From NCBI GenBank assembly GCA_977030845.1, contig OZ365113.1, positions 12,958,001 through 13,022,000 on the forward strand: a stretch of 64,000 nucleotides of DNA, given 5' to 3'. A program made the position numbers and the translations under genes. Shown one piece after another: positions 62,785 to 64,000 of this stretch (positions within the stretch are counted from its first letter, which is position 1; every line of letters begins with the position of its first letter). This DNA comes from Fimbriosthenelais zetlandica (Eukaryota). Under the pieces are notes generated by a model that worked only from the letters and a program-made list of their open reading frames with translations, had not been told where the DNA came from and ran no database searches.

Positions 62785-64000
62785 TATAAATATCTGTCAC
62801 CACAATCGGATCAAAAGTATGAAGTATTGTCCTATAGGAGATTGTTGTGACGGGTCCAGTTAGTCATTCTACGAACTAATCTATCAGTATTACGAGCTAC
62901 ACACTCATTGTCACATGAAATCTGATTATCTACGTGTATATATAGGAAATGATAATATTATACGGACATTCGTGATTAGAATACATATGTCTGAATATAT
63001 ACCATATAATAGCCTATACACAATTGCCAAACTGACTGAATATGTGTTGAAGCATCGAACAGGGTGCAGATCCAGGCTTGACAGGCTATATGCTTGACAT
63101 GAATTAATACCGTGAGCAACTATAGTGATGTTTGTCAATGTGTATGGAGATTGCATATGTATTCTAAGAAGTTTCAGTGAAGTTCTTCCCCCAAGTTTCA
63201 GTGAAGTTATTCCCTTGAATATCGTTGGATAATATAAACTACATTCTTGGCCCACGACCATATACAGTGGTCAGCATCTGAACCTCGTCTTAAATAATTT
63301 ACCCCTGTCTTACCCGTGATTACCACATGTCTTCTTATCAACCTCCTCATCTTTCCCTGCACAGATTTCCCACCATAATCTCTGTGAAGATAATCTCTGA
63401 TTCACGATCATGGATGTGCCTTTCTCTGAATCTATATTCCAAGCACCATTCCCTGATTATTCAGCGTTTAAATGACCATAGACATAATGTTCTTGATCAT
63501 TTTCATAAAGGTACATGGCAATAGCTTCGATCTACTCCAAGGTCATAATAGGATTAACCTTTTCCTAGCACCATTACCGTTCTGCTTTCCTACCCCTACC
63601 TCCTCAATTTTCCCTGCCACTAAGTAATGAGGGCTCTCTTCTCCAAATTTACCACCTACTATATCCTACCTTTATCCTGTGTGTCTGATGGTTTGGGAAG
63701 GTCTTTCTCACCTCTCTTTCCCGTTTGATCATTGTACACTGCTTGTCTGTCTTCTCAGGTCCAAATTAATCTTGGCTGGGATGGGATGAGTGGAACTTGG
63801 GTAAAAAGTTCATGAGGCTACCACGAGGGCTTTTTCCTCACTCTTACTTCGCGTCTATTCTCTTCCTGCTTTAACCACTTCTACTTACGAACACCCATTT
63901 AAGTCCAAATGTCAACTCCGAAGTGCTCAAAAGTCAAACCAGAGAATTTATTGAAAAACAAATCCCTGAAGATAGCAAGCAACCAGCAAGGTTGGCAACA

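Overview
AT-rich (about 36-38% GC by eye) metazoan genomic DNA with GT-AG introns, probably a lophotrochozoan invertebrate (inferred from the GPCR family and repeat content). No rRNA, tRNA, CRISPR or intact transposase was recognised. Three genes are supported. (1) A very large minus-strand gene with 5' leader exons at about 46.6-46.8 kb and 45466-45583, a Q/G/P-rich first coding exon (38584-38000), and an intron that appears to run more than 38 kb off the left edge; identity is unresolved (RBMS/alan shepard is a weak guess). (2) A divergently transcribed five-exon, 888-aa zinc-finger gene (50689-54264, +) with BCL11/ZNF296-type N-terminal fingers but different C-terminal fingers. (3) A convergent class A GPCR of the FMRFamide-receptor-like group with an uninterrupted CDS (58166-56922, -). 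Two unexplained patterns stand out. First, the giant intron carries a ladder of sense-strand polypyrimidine-YAG|GT sites (30716, 26007, 19804/19785, 9609), two with short cryptic exons, which is the architecture of recursive splicing. Second, the 5.5-kb region around the two divergent promoters is packed with TAGGCCTA (about 28 copies, versus 1 seen elsewhere), TACCGGTA and TA-punctuated chains that resemble serial DNA-transposon excision footprints. A TA-flanked GG...CC MITE, a perfect DR5 element and a divergent pair of CTCF-like motifs are also present. All counts are manual.
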